Notes: generated by a model from the sequence alone, not told the origin. Numbered from the stretch's first letter, positions 1 through 13,703 are shown. The stretch: 64,000 bases of DNA from Octopus vulgaris (GCA_951406725.2 OX597837.1:46066001-46130000); one strand, 5' to 3'. Translations and numbers: made by a program.

Positions 1-1062
1 CTGGATGCCCTTCCTAACGCCCAACCACTCCGAGAGTGTTGTGGGTGCTTTTACGTGCCACTGGCACGGGGGCCAGTCAGACGGTACTGGCAATGACCTC
101 GCTCAAATCTTTTTACACATGCCACCGGCACAGGTGCCAGTAAGGTGATGCTGGTAACGATCCCGCTCAAATGGTGCCTCTTACATGCCACCTGTACGGG
201 AAGCCAGTTAGCCGCTCTGGCAACGATTGAAGCAAAGTTACATAAATATAAGAGGGGGAGAAAAGACTTAATTTATTGCGCTTGAAATTACAAAATAATT
301 AATAGGAGCACTCCATTGGTTACAACGATGAGGGTCCCAGCCGATATGATGAATGGAACAGCCTGCTCATGAAATTAACGTGCATGTGGCTGAGTGCTCC
401 ACAGACACATGTACCCTTAATGTAGTTCTCAAGGTGATTCTGCGTGACACAGAGTGTGACACGGCTGGCCCTTTAAAATTCAGGTACAACTCATTTTCGC
501 CAGCTGAGTGGACTGGAGCAATGTGAAATAAAGTGTCTTGCTCAAGGATACAAACTTTGACAAACTTAACTAATTAATTGATTGGTTAACTAAATCATTA
601 ATGAAATACCTGATTGTTGATTACATAGTTATCCAATCGAAGAATTATAAGGAAGTGAAATTGAACCAGTGCATGTGTTATTATTACTGGTGCAATGACC
701 CTCGCAAGGCACAATAAAATCTGTTTCAACACACAAATTCACATCAAGAATCTTGCAAACCAAATAAAAAAAGGAAATACTAAAATAAAAATCTATCAGT
801 CCTAACAGTTAGGTTGGTAGATAAAGTAAGTAGGTAAATAAGTAATTAGGTAGGGAGGGAGGCAAAGAGGAAAGATAGAAAGATAAGGAGGTGGGTTTGG
901 TTGGAAGGGTAGGATGGTAAAGGGGTTCACTGAAATAAAGTCAGAAATACTTTTACCTTCCTCCAGAGACACAGCAGAGGCGCCCGAGTTAGAGTTTGAA
1001 CTCTCGGTTCATGACTCATTAGTCCAATTTCTTATCATTCTCAGCAAACAGGCTGGCTGCCC

Positions 1063-1136
<74 letters not shown>

Positions 1137-1374
1137 TTAGCTAGTCTGATTATTAATTATTCCTTATCAATGAATACTCTTAATGTGTGAACAAGGCTTC
1201 AGTTGACCCAGTGATGTCGTAGAAGACACTTTCCCAAGCCGTGTGACGGAACTCGAAACCACTATGTTGGGATGTGTGTGTGTGTGTGTGTGTATGAATG
1301 TATGTACGTATGTGTGTGTCTGTGTGTCGGTGGTCCGTCGGTGTCCAACAATAGCAAAGTCTGCATTCTCAGCA

Positions 1375-1675
1375 ATGAGAGAACATGTGACTCCCCAGCC
1401 AGAAGCTGGAAGCACACATTGTGTTACAGGTGTTACAGGTGTCACAACGACAGTTTGTTCTTTGGATGGAGGTGGATGCTACCCTCTGATGTCCGTTTCT
1501 TGCAACAACAAGACATCGTTGCTAATCCTCTTCGAAGGCAGCTGCTGCTCGTGAAGTGAGAGACCCCTACATTGATTCGTCTGCAGCAGGGGCTTCAAGT
1601 TCACATGGATCAATGCAGCTTCATTTGAGGTTACTCTTCAAGGTTCCTTTGGACCTCAGTTTAGGTCTTCCTCGT
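1375..1675 (-). mobile_element. RTE-clade LINE 3' relic
   Basis: GRPKLRxKGTLKSNLK...SLTSRAAAAFEED...CDTCN..CAS...SHM, broken frames. Confidence 0.55.
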
Positions 1676-1988
1676 TTGCATGAATGCATATAGATATAAA
1701 TCCATTCCAGTCTTCTGTATCACTTCACCTTTATTCACCCACCTTTGTACCTTGGAGTACACTCTCTCCATCGCTCACTTTCTCTCTAGTCTATCTTCTC
1801 TCCCTTATTCTCCAACTCGGGTATCCGTGTATCTCTTCCACAGCAAGACCCTTATCACTGTCCCTTTATTATTCTTTTAACCTCTTATCAACTGGCACAA
1901 AGCCACTTCCCTCAATACTACCCTACCTCCACCCCCACACACAATTATGTGTATGTGTATATATATATATATCTATATGTATTTATAA

Positions 1989-2033
<45 letters not shown>

Positions 2034-2075
2034 TATCTCTCTATCTATCTGTCTATCTATCTATCTATCTATCTA

Positions 2076-2110
<35 letters not shown>

Positions 2111-2234
2111 TCATCATCATCACCATCGTCGTTTAACGTCCGCTTTCCATGCTAGCATGGGTTGGTCTGATATATATATATCCACACACGCACATATCTC
2201 CTTATCTATCTGTCTATATATATATATATATATA

Positions 2235-2400
2235 GGGAGAATTCACAAAAAAACAAGACGAAGACAGGTCGTGTAGTATAACGCTTGGGAAGTGAAAAAG
2301 TCTTTAATGTTTCGAGCCTATGCTCTTCCACAGAAAGGAACACAGAAAGAAACAAGGAGAGAAAATAAAGAATGTGTAGTGGCTAGTGATCTATCATGGT
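2235..2400 (-). mobile_element. Solo pLTR-like fragment related to 6600-6780
   Basis: ctttctgtggaagagcataggctcgaaacattaaagactttttc (2337-2296, minus) matches 6647-6690. Flanked by (TA)n and (CA)n. Confidence 0.65.
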
Positions 2401-2596
2401 GACACATACACACACACACACACACATATATACAACCGATGGTGGTGTGTTTACGTCCCCGTAACTTAGTGGTTCGACAAAAGAAACCGATAGAATAAAT
2501 ATTAGGCTTACAATGAATAAGTCCTGGGGTCAATTTGGTCGACTAAAGGTGGTGCTCCAGCATGGTTGCAGTCAAATGACTGAAACAAGTAAAAGA

Positions 2597-2634
<38 letters not shown>

Positions 2635-3034
2635 CTATGCATACATATGTGTGTGTGTATATATATATATATATATACATATATATATACACATATATAC
2701 ACATACATTTATATATGCTGTTGTCCTGTTATTACCATTCTTGTTTTTAATTTTATTATTGTTTTTCATATTTATATTCGTGTGGCATCGTCCGTTTTTC
2801 TGTCCTTGTTTTGTTTACATTCGATCCTTTTTCCAAGAAATCTAATGCTCACAGCTTAATTTTTCCTTGGGGCTGGCCATGTCGGAGCAATATCAGGATT
2901 AATCAACCGAAATTTGCTATGATGATCCGGTTCCTGACTGAAGAAAATAAAAGGGTTCGAATGACCCGTCCGTATTTTGTGTCGTCTCTTTGTGTATTTC
3001 ACGTTATTGTCCCTTTTTATATATAATTTTTATA

Positions 3035-3099
<65 letters not shown>

Positions 3100-3101
<2 letters not shown>

Positions 3102-3390
3102 AGGCGCAATGGCCTAGTGGTTAGGGCAGCGGACTCGCAGTCGTAGGATCCCGGTTTCGATTCCTAGACCGGGCGTTGTGAGTGTTTATTGAGCAAAAAC
3201 ACCTAAAAGCTCCACGAGGCTCCAGCAGGGGAGGGTGGCAATCCATGCTGTACTCTTTCGCCACAACTTTCTCTGACTCTTTTTTTAGCCAGCGGGGTGG
3301 CATCATTTGAAGGCTAAAACAATGCGAACGCATTGTGACCAGCGATGTGTAACTACATCTGATAGCCTGGTCGGTCACGGTGATCACGGT
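3100..3390 (+). mobile_element. tRNA-derived SINE (tRNA-Arg-like head)
   Basis: GGCGCAATGGCCTAGTGG (A box)...GGTTTCGATTCC (B box). Homologous copies at 20413 and 22270-22575. Confidence 0.85.
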
Positions 3391-3396
3391 GATATA

Positions 3397-3427
<31 letters not shown>

Positions 3428-3886
3428 GTATGTATGTACACATCACCAAACAATTGTAATAAAGGCTAAATAGCACAAGATAGAGAAAAAAATGTGACCG
3501 GGAGGGGGGTGTCTGGAATGTTGGGAAGAAACACAAAAACGTTGCGATCCCTCTCTCCCGCCCCTTCCCCCCTCCCCAATTTGTTTTCTTATCATTAATC
3601 ATTAGTCATTTATCATTAACTCAACTGTATTAATTTACGGGGTGGTGGTCATGGTGGAGGGGGGTGTCAGGAGCACGGCACAGATAAGAGTAATTTACAC
3701 TTTAAACATTTTAATTATGCGCTCTTATCTTTGGATATTGTTGTTGTTGTTGTTTTTATTTTGGATTTTTTTTTGTTACTTATTTGTTTTTTTTTGCTAA
3801 CTCCTTTCATCAAAAAACATCAATTAACAAATTACAAACTTGTCTAATGGTTGGCAATTGAACATAGTATTAGCAAATTATATAAC

Positions 3887-4272
3887 GGTGATGATGATGA
3901 TGATACTGATGGTGATGTTGGTGGTGGTGGTGGTGGTGGTGGTGGCAACAGCTGCAGCAGAGGTGGCGGTGACGATGAGCGGCAGCGGCGGAGGTGGTGG
4001 TGGTGGTGGTGGTGGAGGTGGTGGTGGTGGTGGTGGTGGTGGTGGTGGTGGTGTTGGTGGTGGTGATTGTGGTGGTGCTGGTGATGGTGGTGGTGGTGGT
4101 GGTGGTGGTGGTGGTGGCGTTGGCAGTGCTGGTGGTGGTGGCGGCGGTGATGGTAGCGATGGCGGCGGTGGCAGCAGTGGTGGCGTTGGTGGCGGTGGTG
4201 GTGGTGGTGGTGGTGGTGGCGGCAGCGGTGGTGGTAGTGGTGGTGGTGGTTGTGGTTGTGGTGGTGGTGGTT
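3887..4272. repeat. (GGT)n/(GAT)n trinucleotide array
   Basis: Direct reading. Confidence 0.95.
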
Positions 4273-4617
4273 AAAATAACAACAACAGCAACAATAATAA
4301 TGACAACTCTTTCCACTAAAGGCACAAGGCCTGAAATTTTGTGCGAAGGGGACTGGTTGATTACATCAACCCCAGTGCTTCACTCCTACTTATTTTAATG
4401 ACCCCCCGAAAGGATGAAAGGCAAAATTTAGGGCCAGGAATAGGGTCAGAAATTTTTGAAGGGAGGAGTCGACTTAATTACATTGACTCCAATTCATGGA
4501 TGGTATTTCATATTATTGACCCCGAAAGGATAAAAGGCAGAGATGACCTAAGCAGAATTTGAACCCAGAATGAAAAAATGCAGAAGAAATGCCACTAAGC
4601 ATTTTATCTGATACAAT

Positions 4618-4882
4618 GGCCCCGTGCCGGTGGCACATAAAAAGCAACATCCGTCCATGGCCGTTTGCCAGCTCCGTCTGGCACCTGTGCTGGTGGCACG
4701 TAAAAAGCACCCACTACACTCATGGAGTGGTTGGTGTTAGGAAGGGCATCCAGCTGTAGAAACACTGCCAGATCAGACTGGAGCCTGGTGCAGCCTCCTG
4801 GTTTCCCAGACCCTGGTCGAACTGTCCAACCCATGCTAGCATGGAAAACGGACGTTAAACGATGATGACGATGATGATGATG
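4618..4882 (+). mobile_element. 3' portion of a (GAT)n-tailed retroposon family with internal ~60-bp tandem units
   Basis: gtgccggtggcacataaaaagca units, then ...ccaacccatgctagcatggaaaacggacgttaaacgatgatga. Copies at 1-230, 17760-17960, 18500-18725, 25826-26105, 48150-48345 and 59420-59549. Confidence 0.75.
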
Positions 4883-4904
4883 AATAACAATTCTGCCAGG
4901 ATGG

Positions 4905-5090
4905 TAAGATCATGTAGTAAGACCCAGTGGCCTTGAAAAGACCATTCTTGAAGGGTCTGCAAAGGAGGAATGAGGAGAGAGAAAAGGGGGGAGGGTTGAC
5001 ATCAAGGAATTTATAGCCAAATCATTTGCAGGGAGCCAAGCTCTGGGCCATAGCCTCAACGAGTGGGGTAGATTGATGTATGGTATGTCC
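4905..5090 (+). mobile_element. RTE-clade LINE C-terminal relic
   Basis: HVVRPSGLEKTILEGS...DIKEF...W pattern. Confidence 0.45.
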
Positions 5091-5240
5091 CAAGAGCACT
5101 CCTTTAACCCTGGCTGAAAGCCGAGGGCTCAAACAACGGAACGAGCGAGCGAGATAATTAGCTGTTATTAGAAGTTATCAGTTATAATTATAAACGTGTG
5201 TTTGAGTGCGTGAGTGCGTATGTGTATGTGTGTGTGTGTA

Positions 5241-5272
<32 letters not shown>

Positions 5273-5819
5273 TGTGTGTGTATGCTAAGTGTTTGGCAGC
5301 ATGCTGATAGGCAACCAGATGTTTTTATATGTATTTAGGTCATATTTGTGTGGGGGTGTAGGGGGGTGCATGCATAATTGGCTGTAATTATCTATCTATA
5401 AGTGTAGGTTTGTATGTGTGTGTGGGAGGAGATTAATCATTTGTAATATAAAACTATGACAAAATGAGAGGTAATGGTGGTGAGGATTTTACTTGTCGAA
5501 GGCACTTTTGTGTGATTCAGGGGTTCACTTTGCAACTAAGTGGCTTGAGGTTCAATCCCACCATGCAGCACCTTTTCCTCCTCACCCCCTCCACCCACCC
5601 CCAATGCACAATTCTCTGAGCTTTCCATTGACTGCAGTCCAACCCCTCCACTTCCCACATCTTCCCTGACCCACCCCTTCCCCTTTCAAACACACCCGTA
5701 ATCTGCATGACCTTCTGGTCTGTAGTTTCTTTCCTACTCCTAGCAACCAACCTAGTTCCTTTCCCTGTTCTCACTCACGCTGTCACACCTGCTCCTGCCT
5801 CTCCAACATCACTATTCTC

Positions 5820-6780
5820 ACCAACACCTATCACCACCTCCTTTACATGCACCTCCAATAATGTCATCTACTGCATCTCTTGCTTTCTCTGTCCTTCCCT
5901 GTACATTGGTCAAACGGGATACTTGCTTGGCCAACCAGTTCACTGAGCACCTCTAAGACATCAGACTCAGCAATGACACCCTGGTCCCACACCACTTCTG
6001 CTCAACTGGTCATTCACTACAACATCTGTCTGTGTTCCCTGTCTTTGCACCGAGGACCCCTGGCCTCCTACCTCCACCATGAACAGGGATTGATATTCTC
6101 CCTTCATTCCTTTGCTCCTCTTGGCTTTATTTCGCCACCTCTCATCGTCTGAAACCAACCCCACACATATTCCCACACACTTCCCACCTTCAACTGCCCC
6201 TTGCTCTCACCCCACACCTTTACACCACCTAACTCAGTACCCTCACCATACACACCATGATACAAACACCCATACACACTGTTCAACTCAGTACTCACAC
6301 CACACTCCATTACACACACACACACACATACACACACACACAAATGCATGAAACACATCACTCCACTGAGTATATGCACTACGTTACTTATACACACACA
6401 CATTCCCATACGCACACAAAGGCCCACGTAATTTTAAGCTCACCCACAAATACATTCACATGCTCTCACCCCCATTCACACATACACACTCACACCCACC
6501 ATTGTTACATGTACACTGTTATTATCTCCCTTTCATTCAGCCTCTTTCTTCAAGTCATTTCACTATGTTGAACCATTAATCCCAACACAACACATTTTTT
6601 CTCTCACGGTTTTTTCCATTCTCTCTCCATTTTTTACCTTTCAACCCTTTCTGTAAAAGGGCGTAGGCTCAAAACATCAAAGACTTTTCCATTCTTCCCA
6701 AGCATCAAACTAATACACTTTCTTGTTGTTCCCCCACTTATCTTCATCTTTTGTTTTCTGTAAATTTGAACTACATATAT
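5820..6780 (+). mobile_element. Penelope-like element 3' relic (GIY-YIG endonuclease + pLTR)
   Basis: FTCTSNNVIYCISCFLCPSLYIGQTG is the canonical PLE GIY-YIG start with CxxC. Decayed hammerhead-like motif at 6647-6682. Ends at (TA)n. Confidence 0.8.
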
Positions 6781-6799
6781 ATATAACAAACATTAAGAA

Positions 6800-7265
6800 T
6801 GAAATGTCCGATTTTGAATTGAAAGTTTATTGTACTTTATCTGAAAACAAGCAATGCAGTTAATCAAAGTATGCATCTAAATTATCAATGCAATTTTGCC
6901 ATTTCATTGGTAGCTTATTAATGCCAGCAGCGAAGAATTCTGGAGAGCGAGAAGTGATGAAATCACGAAAGGCTGTTTTTGCATCTTCTTCAGATTTTAA
7001 GTTTTTTCTTTGCATAAAGTTATCTAATGCCTGAAAAACGTGATAGTCAGTTGGTGCAAGGTCTGGTGAATAAGGTAAATGACAGAGTACTTCCAAGTTC
7101 AGTTCCTGTAACTTGAGCAGCGTTCATTGTGCAACATGTGGTCAAGCATTGTCTTGCAAGAGAATTGGCCTGTCTCTTATTGACCAATCTCAGTTGTTTA
7201 ATTGCAAGTTCATTCATCATCATTTCATCCAGTTGGTTGATGTATACATCCGCTGTGATTGACTT
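6800..7265 (-). mobile_element. mariner (DD34D) transposase relic
   Basis: LLQDNA.PHVA, then EVLCHLPYSPDLAPTDYHVF...GINKLPMKWQNCIDNLDAYFD*, with stops. Confidence 0.9.
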
Positions 7266-8340
7266 ATTCAGTTATTCACCCAGCACCCCTAATTGCCAGC
7301 TGTGCCTCTGCAATAAACTGCATATCATTTACCAGCCCACCGTATCCATCAGCAAGAAATATGAGGCATCGTATTGCTGTCACCTGAGGTACACCCTTCT
7401 GATCAATTTCAAGCCACTGGCCACCGACAACCCAGGGATACCTCCTTAGTACCAGCCACCCTCCTTAGCACCTCCCGCCCCAGGGTCACCGTTACAAATT
7501 AACCCCCATGAACAGCACTTCAAATCATCAATCCCCAAAACACTCCACCATGCCTGTCTACCCTCGTACTCTTGCCCCTTGTACATCACCCCTTCTGTAT
7601 ATGTGTGTGCACGCATGTGCATGAGTGTGCGTATGCACCTAGTCACCATACACATGTGCACAGATGTAGGTGCACAGGTATACATATACATGCATGCCTT
7701 TATACATGTGCACCTGTGTGTGTGCATATATATACACATGCACACTTATGTATGTGCATGTGCTCGTGTGCATATGTACATGGAGATAAAGGTATGAATA
7801 TGTGGGTGTCCATGTGTGTGTGTGTGTGTATATGTATGCACACGTGTGTGTTTGTGTATGTGTGCCCTCATGTGTGTGTATGTGTGTGTTTGTGTGTGTG
7901 TGTGCATGCATGGATGTGTGAATGCACATCTACGCACACATACACACTCATATAAGTACGGATGCATACACACAGATATATATATACATACAGCAAAAGA
8001 GACACTCTTGTCACCCTCATGAACCCACCACCACCACCACCATCATCACAACCATCATCACAACAACACTACTATCACCACCACCACCGCTGCCACTGTT
8101 GTCTCCACCATCACTGACACCATCATCAGCACCATTGTCATCACTCCCACCACAAACCCCAACCCACAATTAACCACAGAGATGACATGAATAGCTTACA
8201 TTCTTTCTGTTTCCCTTCCCTCTTCTTCCTTTCTTTCCTTCCTTCCTTCTGAGGATTAAAGCAACAGAAACCAACCACAATAAAGAGGCATAAAGCAAAA
8301 CAAAAACAAAAATATAGAAATACATACATATATACATATA

Positions 8341-8373
<33 letters not shown>

Positions 8374-8383
8374 ATATATATAC

Positions 8384-8415
<32 letters not shown>

Positions 8416-8487
8416 GTATGTATATATATATATATGTATATATATACATACATATATATATATACATATATATATATATACACATAC

Positions 8488-8615
<128 letters not shown>

Positions 8616-8683
8616 TAGCTGAGTAGTGTGTTGTTGCCAAGTCATTTTCACAATAGAATGCCTTAGCAAACTTTATATACAGA

Positions 8684-9390
8684 CAGGGTGGGGAAGCAAA
8701 ACTTGGAAAATAGATAATTCATCAAATTGTTTATGTTACAATAACCAGTAACTTGACATAAATATAATTTTAAGACAAGTTTATAGGGATATAAAAAGAC
8801 AATTTATTCAATATGCCTGCGTTCATTGTCCACCACACCCTTCGTCTGAAGGCATCACAACTCTTCATGATGAAGTACTCAGACATGTTGTCCCATTCTT
8901 CCCTCGGAATTTGCTTAAAATGATCAAACTTGGATGTGCAGTTCTGTTGGTAGAGTGCTCCAATTTACCCCTTACAGCATAGTCCAGGGAGTTCGAGTCT
9001 GGGCTGGAAGAAAGCTAGAAGTTGACAGGACAAAATTCGGTGAAGTTGTCTTCACAGAATTCCTGCACTTCCTTTGCCGTGTGAGCAGGAGAACCATCTT
9101 CGGTCCACACATAATTACCATTGGGGTAGTTAGACTTCAGCCAAGGCAAAACCTTATACCACAGGACTTTGTAATAAACGTCAGCCCCAACCTTTTCCCC
9201 AGACTTGAAAAAATGGAGGGGCATCTTTTTTCTGTCAAATGCCACAACTCCCAGTATAACGACTTTAGCTGGGGGCTTGGCCCTAAAGATGCCTTTACTT
9301 CAGAAGGTGACTTAGCAGTGTATCAATCATTGCGACGTTTTAAAAAAGCATCAACAGTAAAGATATTTTCATCTGAAAAGATTTTGATGG
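8684..9390 (-). mobile_element. Tc1/mariner-superfamily DD37D (maT-type) transposase relic
   Basis: YVWTEDGSPAHTAK...NF*LSSSPDSNSLDYAV, with 37 residues between the 2nd and 3rd Asp. CAGGGTG terminus at 8684. Confidence 0.8.
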
Positions 9391-11021
9391 TTGGTGTAGG
9401 AGTGGCTGTGTGGTAAGTAGCTTGCTTACGAACCACATGGTTCCAGGTTCAGACACATGCATACATGCATACATAAATACATGTGTGTGTGTATATTTCA
9501 CACACACATATCAGCAGAAAATATAAACACAAGCAAGAAAACCACTGCATCAGCACTTTTAAAGTAAAATGAGTTGTGTTATAATTGTCCTGTTGAGTTG
9601 CACAGTTGCTCTCTTGCTTTCACCATCACAAATGCTGTGAAGCAGCAAGGAGCTCATTTGGAAAACCTGTAAGCAGCAAAGCTATTTATATAAAGCAATG
9701 TAAAACAAATATATGTCGAAGAGGTTAACAAGCTGGCTTACTTCCCCTTCCCTGCCCCTCTTCTGTCTCATTGTGTCAATATAATTGTTCTTTTAGCTGT
9801 TGTTTTTAACTGGTTTCTCTCTTTCTGCATTCTTTATAAAGGAAAGAATGATTGCTGCAGAGGGGATTGGCACTAGAAGTCCTGAAATAGTTTAGGTATA
9901 AAAGGAAGGGAAATAAAGATAGAAAAATGCAAAGAAACAATGGGAGGGAGTGGATATAATTAAAGGGAGGAAGGTTTACACAAATGAACAAATACAGACA
10001 GCCAAATAAATAGATACATTCATGCATAATGATGGGAGCCTCGTTATAGGTTGCCCTCTTGGAAACATCACGGCAATTTTCCTCAAACGACCCAAGGGTT
10101 GTTTTAATATTCCCAGATGCAAGTGTGGTTATGGGATTAAGAAATGGGCCTGGAAACCATATGGTTCTGAGTTCAGTCCCACCATGTAGCACTCTGGGTA
10201 ACAGTGTTCTACTATAACCCCCAGACTGACCAGAGCCTTGTGAGTGAATTTGGTTGACAGAAAGTGCATAGAAACTGTTGTGTGTGTGTGTGTGTGTGTG
10301 TGTGGTGTGGTTGACGATCAGTGTTGGTTTGTTTATGTCCCCATAACTTAGCAGTTCAGGAAAAGGAACCAACAGAATGAGTACTAGACTTTCAAAATAT
10401 GTACTGATGGAGGAGGGGCATGACCACATTCCAACGACTGAAACAAGTAAAAAAAGAAAAGATAAAAAGACATAAAACAAAAGAAGCCCCATTGCTGACC
10501 ACCTTGCTAGAAATAGAAGCCAAATTCTCTTCAACTCACCCTCATCAAGACTTGTTCTAATATTCCCATAAAACATGCTAGACATGAAGGAAATCACAAT
10601 AGGAGACCAAGTGTGCTGATGAAGATCTCTCTGACCCCTGTTGGTTTTAATCTGGGGTTCCACAAGCAGGACTGGATTTATTGGTGGGTGAAGGGAGCAA
10701 TTGCCTCAGCCCCACCCTTGATATTGACCCCCCACCACCTGTGGTGAAAGTTAATGGAGTGCTCAATGAAGGGAGGCCCCCACCTCCCAGCAATCTAGCA
10801 TGAAGAGGCACAGAAAGCGATTCAAGGCAGCGCTGGCATCGGCCACGTTCGGATGATGCTTTTTACGTGCCACCGGCACAGGTATCATAACTACAATTTC
10901 CAGGAATGAAAGGGGTCCATAGGTAAAAAAATGGCTTGAGAACCACTGCTATCTATCTCTAAAGGGACTTTCCTTAAAATGTGTATAACATTTTAACATA
11001 CACACATTGTGTGACATTGAT

Positions 11022-11430
11022 AGGTGTAGGAGTGGCTGTGTGGTAAGTAGCTTGCTTACCAACCACATGGTTCCAGGTTCAGTCCCACTGCATGGCACCT
11101 TGGGCAAGTGTCTTCTACTATAGCCTCGGGCCAACCAAAGCCTTTTGAGTGGATCTGGTAGATGGAAACTGAAAGAAGCCTGTTGTATATGTATATATAT
11201 ATATATGTATATATATGTATGTGTGTGTCTGTGTTTGTGTGTCTGTATTTGTCCCCCAACATCGCTTGACAAGTGATGCTAGTGTGTTTGCGTCCCCATA
11301 ACTTAGTGGCTCGGCAAAAGAGACCGATAGAATAAGTACTAGGCTTACAAAGAATAAGTCCTGGCGTCGATTTGCTCGACTTAAAGGCGGTGCTCCAGCA
11401 TGGCCACATTCAAATGACTGAAACAAGTAA
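11022..11430 (+). mobile_element. Abundant ~400-bp tRNA-derived SINE with CORE-like block and internal microsatellite
   Basis: GTGGCTGTGTGG / GGTTCAGTCCC boxes and ACCTTGGGCAAGT. Other copies at 10125-10450, 12010-12370, 14700-14880, 15540-15870, 19085-19490, 28045-28195, 46274-46640 and 49245-49405. Confidence 0.85.
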
Positions 11431-12394
11431 ATAGTATATACAGAGAGAGAGAGAGAGAGAGAGAGTAAGAAAGGAAGAGAGCGAAAATAAAGAGAGAGAG
11501 AACAAGAAAGAGAAGAAGTGAGAGAAAGAGATAAAAAGAGGAGAGAAATAGGCCGATTGGTATCAATGGGGAGACACACGGACAGAGATGAGCTGACAAA
11601 TTGACAGACAGGACACCAGAGAAAGAATGGGGGACTACGTTTCTGTTTTTTTTTTTTAAACAAATTCCCCCCTGCCATCCGACCCACCCCCCTTACAACC
11701 CCTTCCCCGCCCCTCAGATAATTACCATATTTCTAAAATGTCATGAGTTTGGCAGGAATAAATATGTTCCACCATTTTGGTTGAGGTTGGTCGGTGCAAA
11801 CAGATAACTAGAGAGTGTTTCTAATTGCTGTATTTGACATGCAAGCACTTGTAAGATTGGCAGGGCAATTAATGGCGCCAACTGACTCTTTGAGCCGAAG
11901 GACTTTGATGTCATTGTTTGGAATGTAAGGTGTACACCTTTCCCAATTCCAAAGAAACAGGCATTTTTAGCTTTGCTGTGAATACTCTTTTTCTCTCTTT
12001 TACTCTTTTACCCTTTTACCTGTTTCAGTCATTTGACTGTGGCCATGCTGGAGCACCGCCTTTAGTCGAGCAAATCGACCCCCCAGGACTTATTCTTTGT
12101 AAGCCTAGTACTTATTCTATCGGTCTCTTTTGCCGAACTACTAAGTTACGGGGATGTAAACACACCAGCATCGGTTATCAAGCGATGTTGGGGGGACAAA
12201 CACAGACACACAAACACATACACACATATATATATATACATATATACGACAGGCTTCTTTCAGTTTCCGTCTACCAATTCCACTCACAAGGCTTTGGTCA
12301 GCCAAAGGCTATAGTAGAAGGCACTTGCCCAAGGGACCACGCAGTGGGACTGAACCCGGAACCATGTGGTAAACAAAGTGGTTACATTATAGGC

Positions 12395-12498
12395 CAATGG
12401 TTCTCAACCAAAGTCCATATAAGATTTTGGTAGGGATCCACCAGAACAGAATAAGTAACCAAAGGGGCCCATAGATAATGAATGGTTGAAAAGCACTG
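12395..12498. mobile_element. Small hAT/Charlie-type MITE
   Basis: CAATGGTTCTCAACC...GGTTGAAAAGCACTG. Confidence 0.7.
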
Positions 12499-12634
12499 CT
12501 TTTAGCCCCTCAATACCTGGCACAAAGTCACCATCCCCACTCAGGTACTCCTTCCACTTGGTCCTTTTTATTTCCTATCTTTTAATTTTGTTGTTATCAC
12601 TGATGGTTTTTTTGTTGCTTATATTATAATGTAA

Positions 12635-13033
12635 CTAGCAGTATCACCCGGCGTTGCTCGGGTTTGTAAGGGAAATAACTATATAAGCATTTTTAGAGAT
12701 GTAAAGTATAATAGCCATCTCAATATGGCTAACCACAAAGGGGTGGTGGTGTTACTGTAGCTTTTTACGTTCTGAGATTTAATAATACATTTTTAGAGAG
12801 TTACTTCCCTTATATAATAGCCAAAAAATGCATTAAAAATGGGAAAAAATTATGGTAAATTTTTTTTTAAATCGTAGACTCATCGTAGACGCGCGCTAAT
12901 ACCCAGAAGGGCTTGATATGAATCACGACTATAAGATACCTGCTTTTGGTTACACTGCACCGCAAAATGTGGGAGTAGTTAGGAATGTAAATCGTAGGAG
13001 ACAGACACACAACTTCACTTTTATATATAAAGA
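12635..13033 (-). mobile_element. Non-autonomous Helitron
   Basis: Minus strand A|TCTTTATATATAAAA...CCCGAGCAACGCCGGG-tgatactg-CTAG|T. It has a 5' TC, subterminal GC hairpin, 3' CTAG, AT target and no TSD. Confidence 0.88.
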
Positions 13034-13103
13034 TATCTCTCGGTACCTCATTATATTTCAACATTGCTCTGGTCTAATTTGAACTTTTCGTTTCTACTTT
13101 CAG

Positions 13104-13217
13104 AATTACGCTGTAGAAGTGTTTGCCCAAGAGCATTCTGAAATATCATACGATACGATAGCCGACCTTGTGAAGAAAGCTGGTGGAGCAAACTACGGAA
13201 CCGGAAGGAGAGATTAA
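13104..13217 (+). CDS. COTL1: Terminal coding exon of a coactosin-like (ADF-H domain) actin-binding protein; upstream exons not found in the window
   Basis: Polypyrimidine tract + AG (ttttcgtttctactttcag, ends 13103), then phase-0 frame NYAVEVFAQEHSEISYDTIADLVKKAGGANYGTGRRD* (TAA 13215-13217). KKAGGANY is the conserved coactosin C-terminus (human NFAKEF...LKKAGGANY). AATAAA at ~13291. Confidence 0.82.
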   Translation, partial: NYAVEVFAQEHSEISYDTIADLVKKAGGANYGTGRRD

Positions 13218-13703
13218 GAATTACTATATTATAATTATCATTCATATACAATTGTTGTTATTGTTTTATTTTTATCAACTGAATAACAACAATAAAAATA
13301 ATAATAATAATTTCTTTTATTGGCCACAAGGGCGATGGATAAAGAACACATTCTAAGGACAAGTAATAAAAAATGGTGTAAAGGTTTTTGCGGAATTAAT
13401 TATGAAAACAAGAAACGTGTGGAAAACGAGAGTAAATGAAATGAATGAAACAAGATGTCCCAATAAGGGTGGAACAACCACCCAGGGGCCAATCGAAGGA
13501 CCCCACCACAGATCCAGGATTGCCTTGACTACTGAAGACAAGTGCCCGGTCCCTAACTGTGTTCTCTGGCGGGCCTGAGTTGGCCCCTATTTGCAGGACG
13601 CGGTTCTCACCACTCTCACCCACCTTTCAGCAAATTCATCTGGAGGGGCAGCACCTCCCTCCTCCTCTCCACTCTCACCTTCCTTTTTCTAAATGGAACT
13701 ACA

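Noticed and set aside
955-1045. Possible exon (plus-strand acceptor at 966 or minus-strand donor at ~956)
   Set aside because: No recognisable protein similarity and no matching second splice site.
2870-2972. CTGAAGA/ATGATGA and GAAA/GAAT words in a TA-flanked repeat
   Set aside because: Could not build consistent stems I and II around the boxes.
3100-3175. tRNA-Arg-like sequence (also 20413, 22500)
   Set aside because: No proper acceptor stem and it continues into a SINE body, so it is a SINE head rather than a tRNA gene.
9806-10663. 285-aa ORF
   Set aside because: Crosses an antisense SINE and a (CA)n tract; no recognisable domain.
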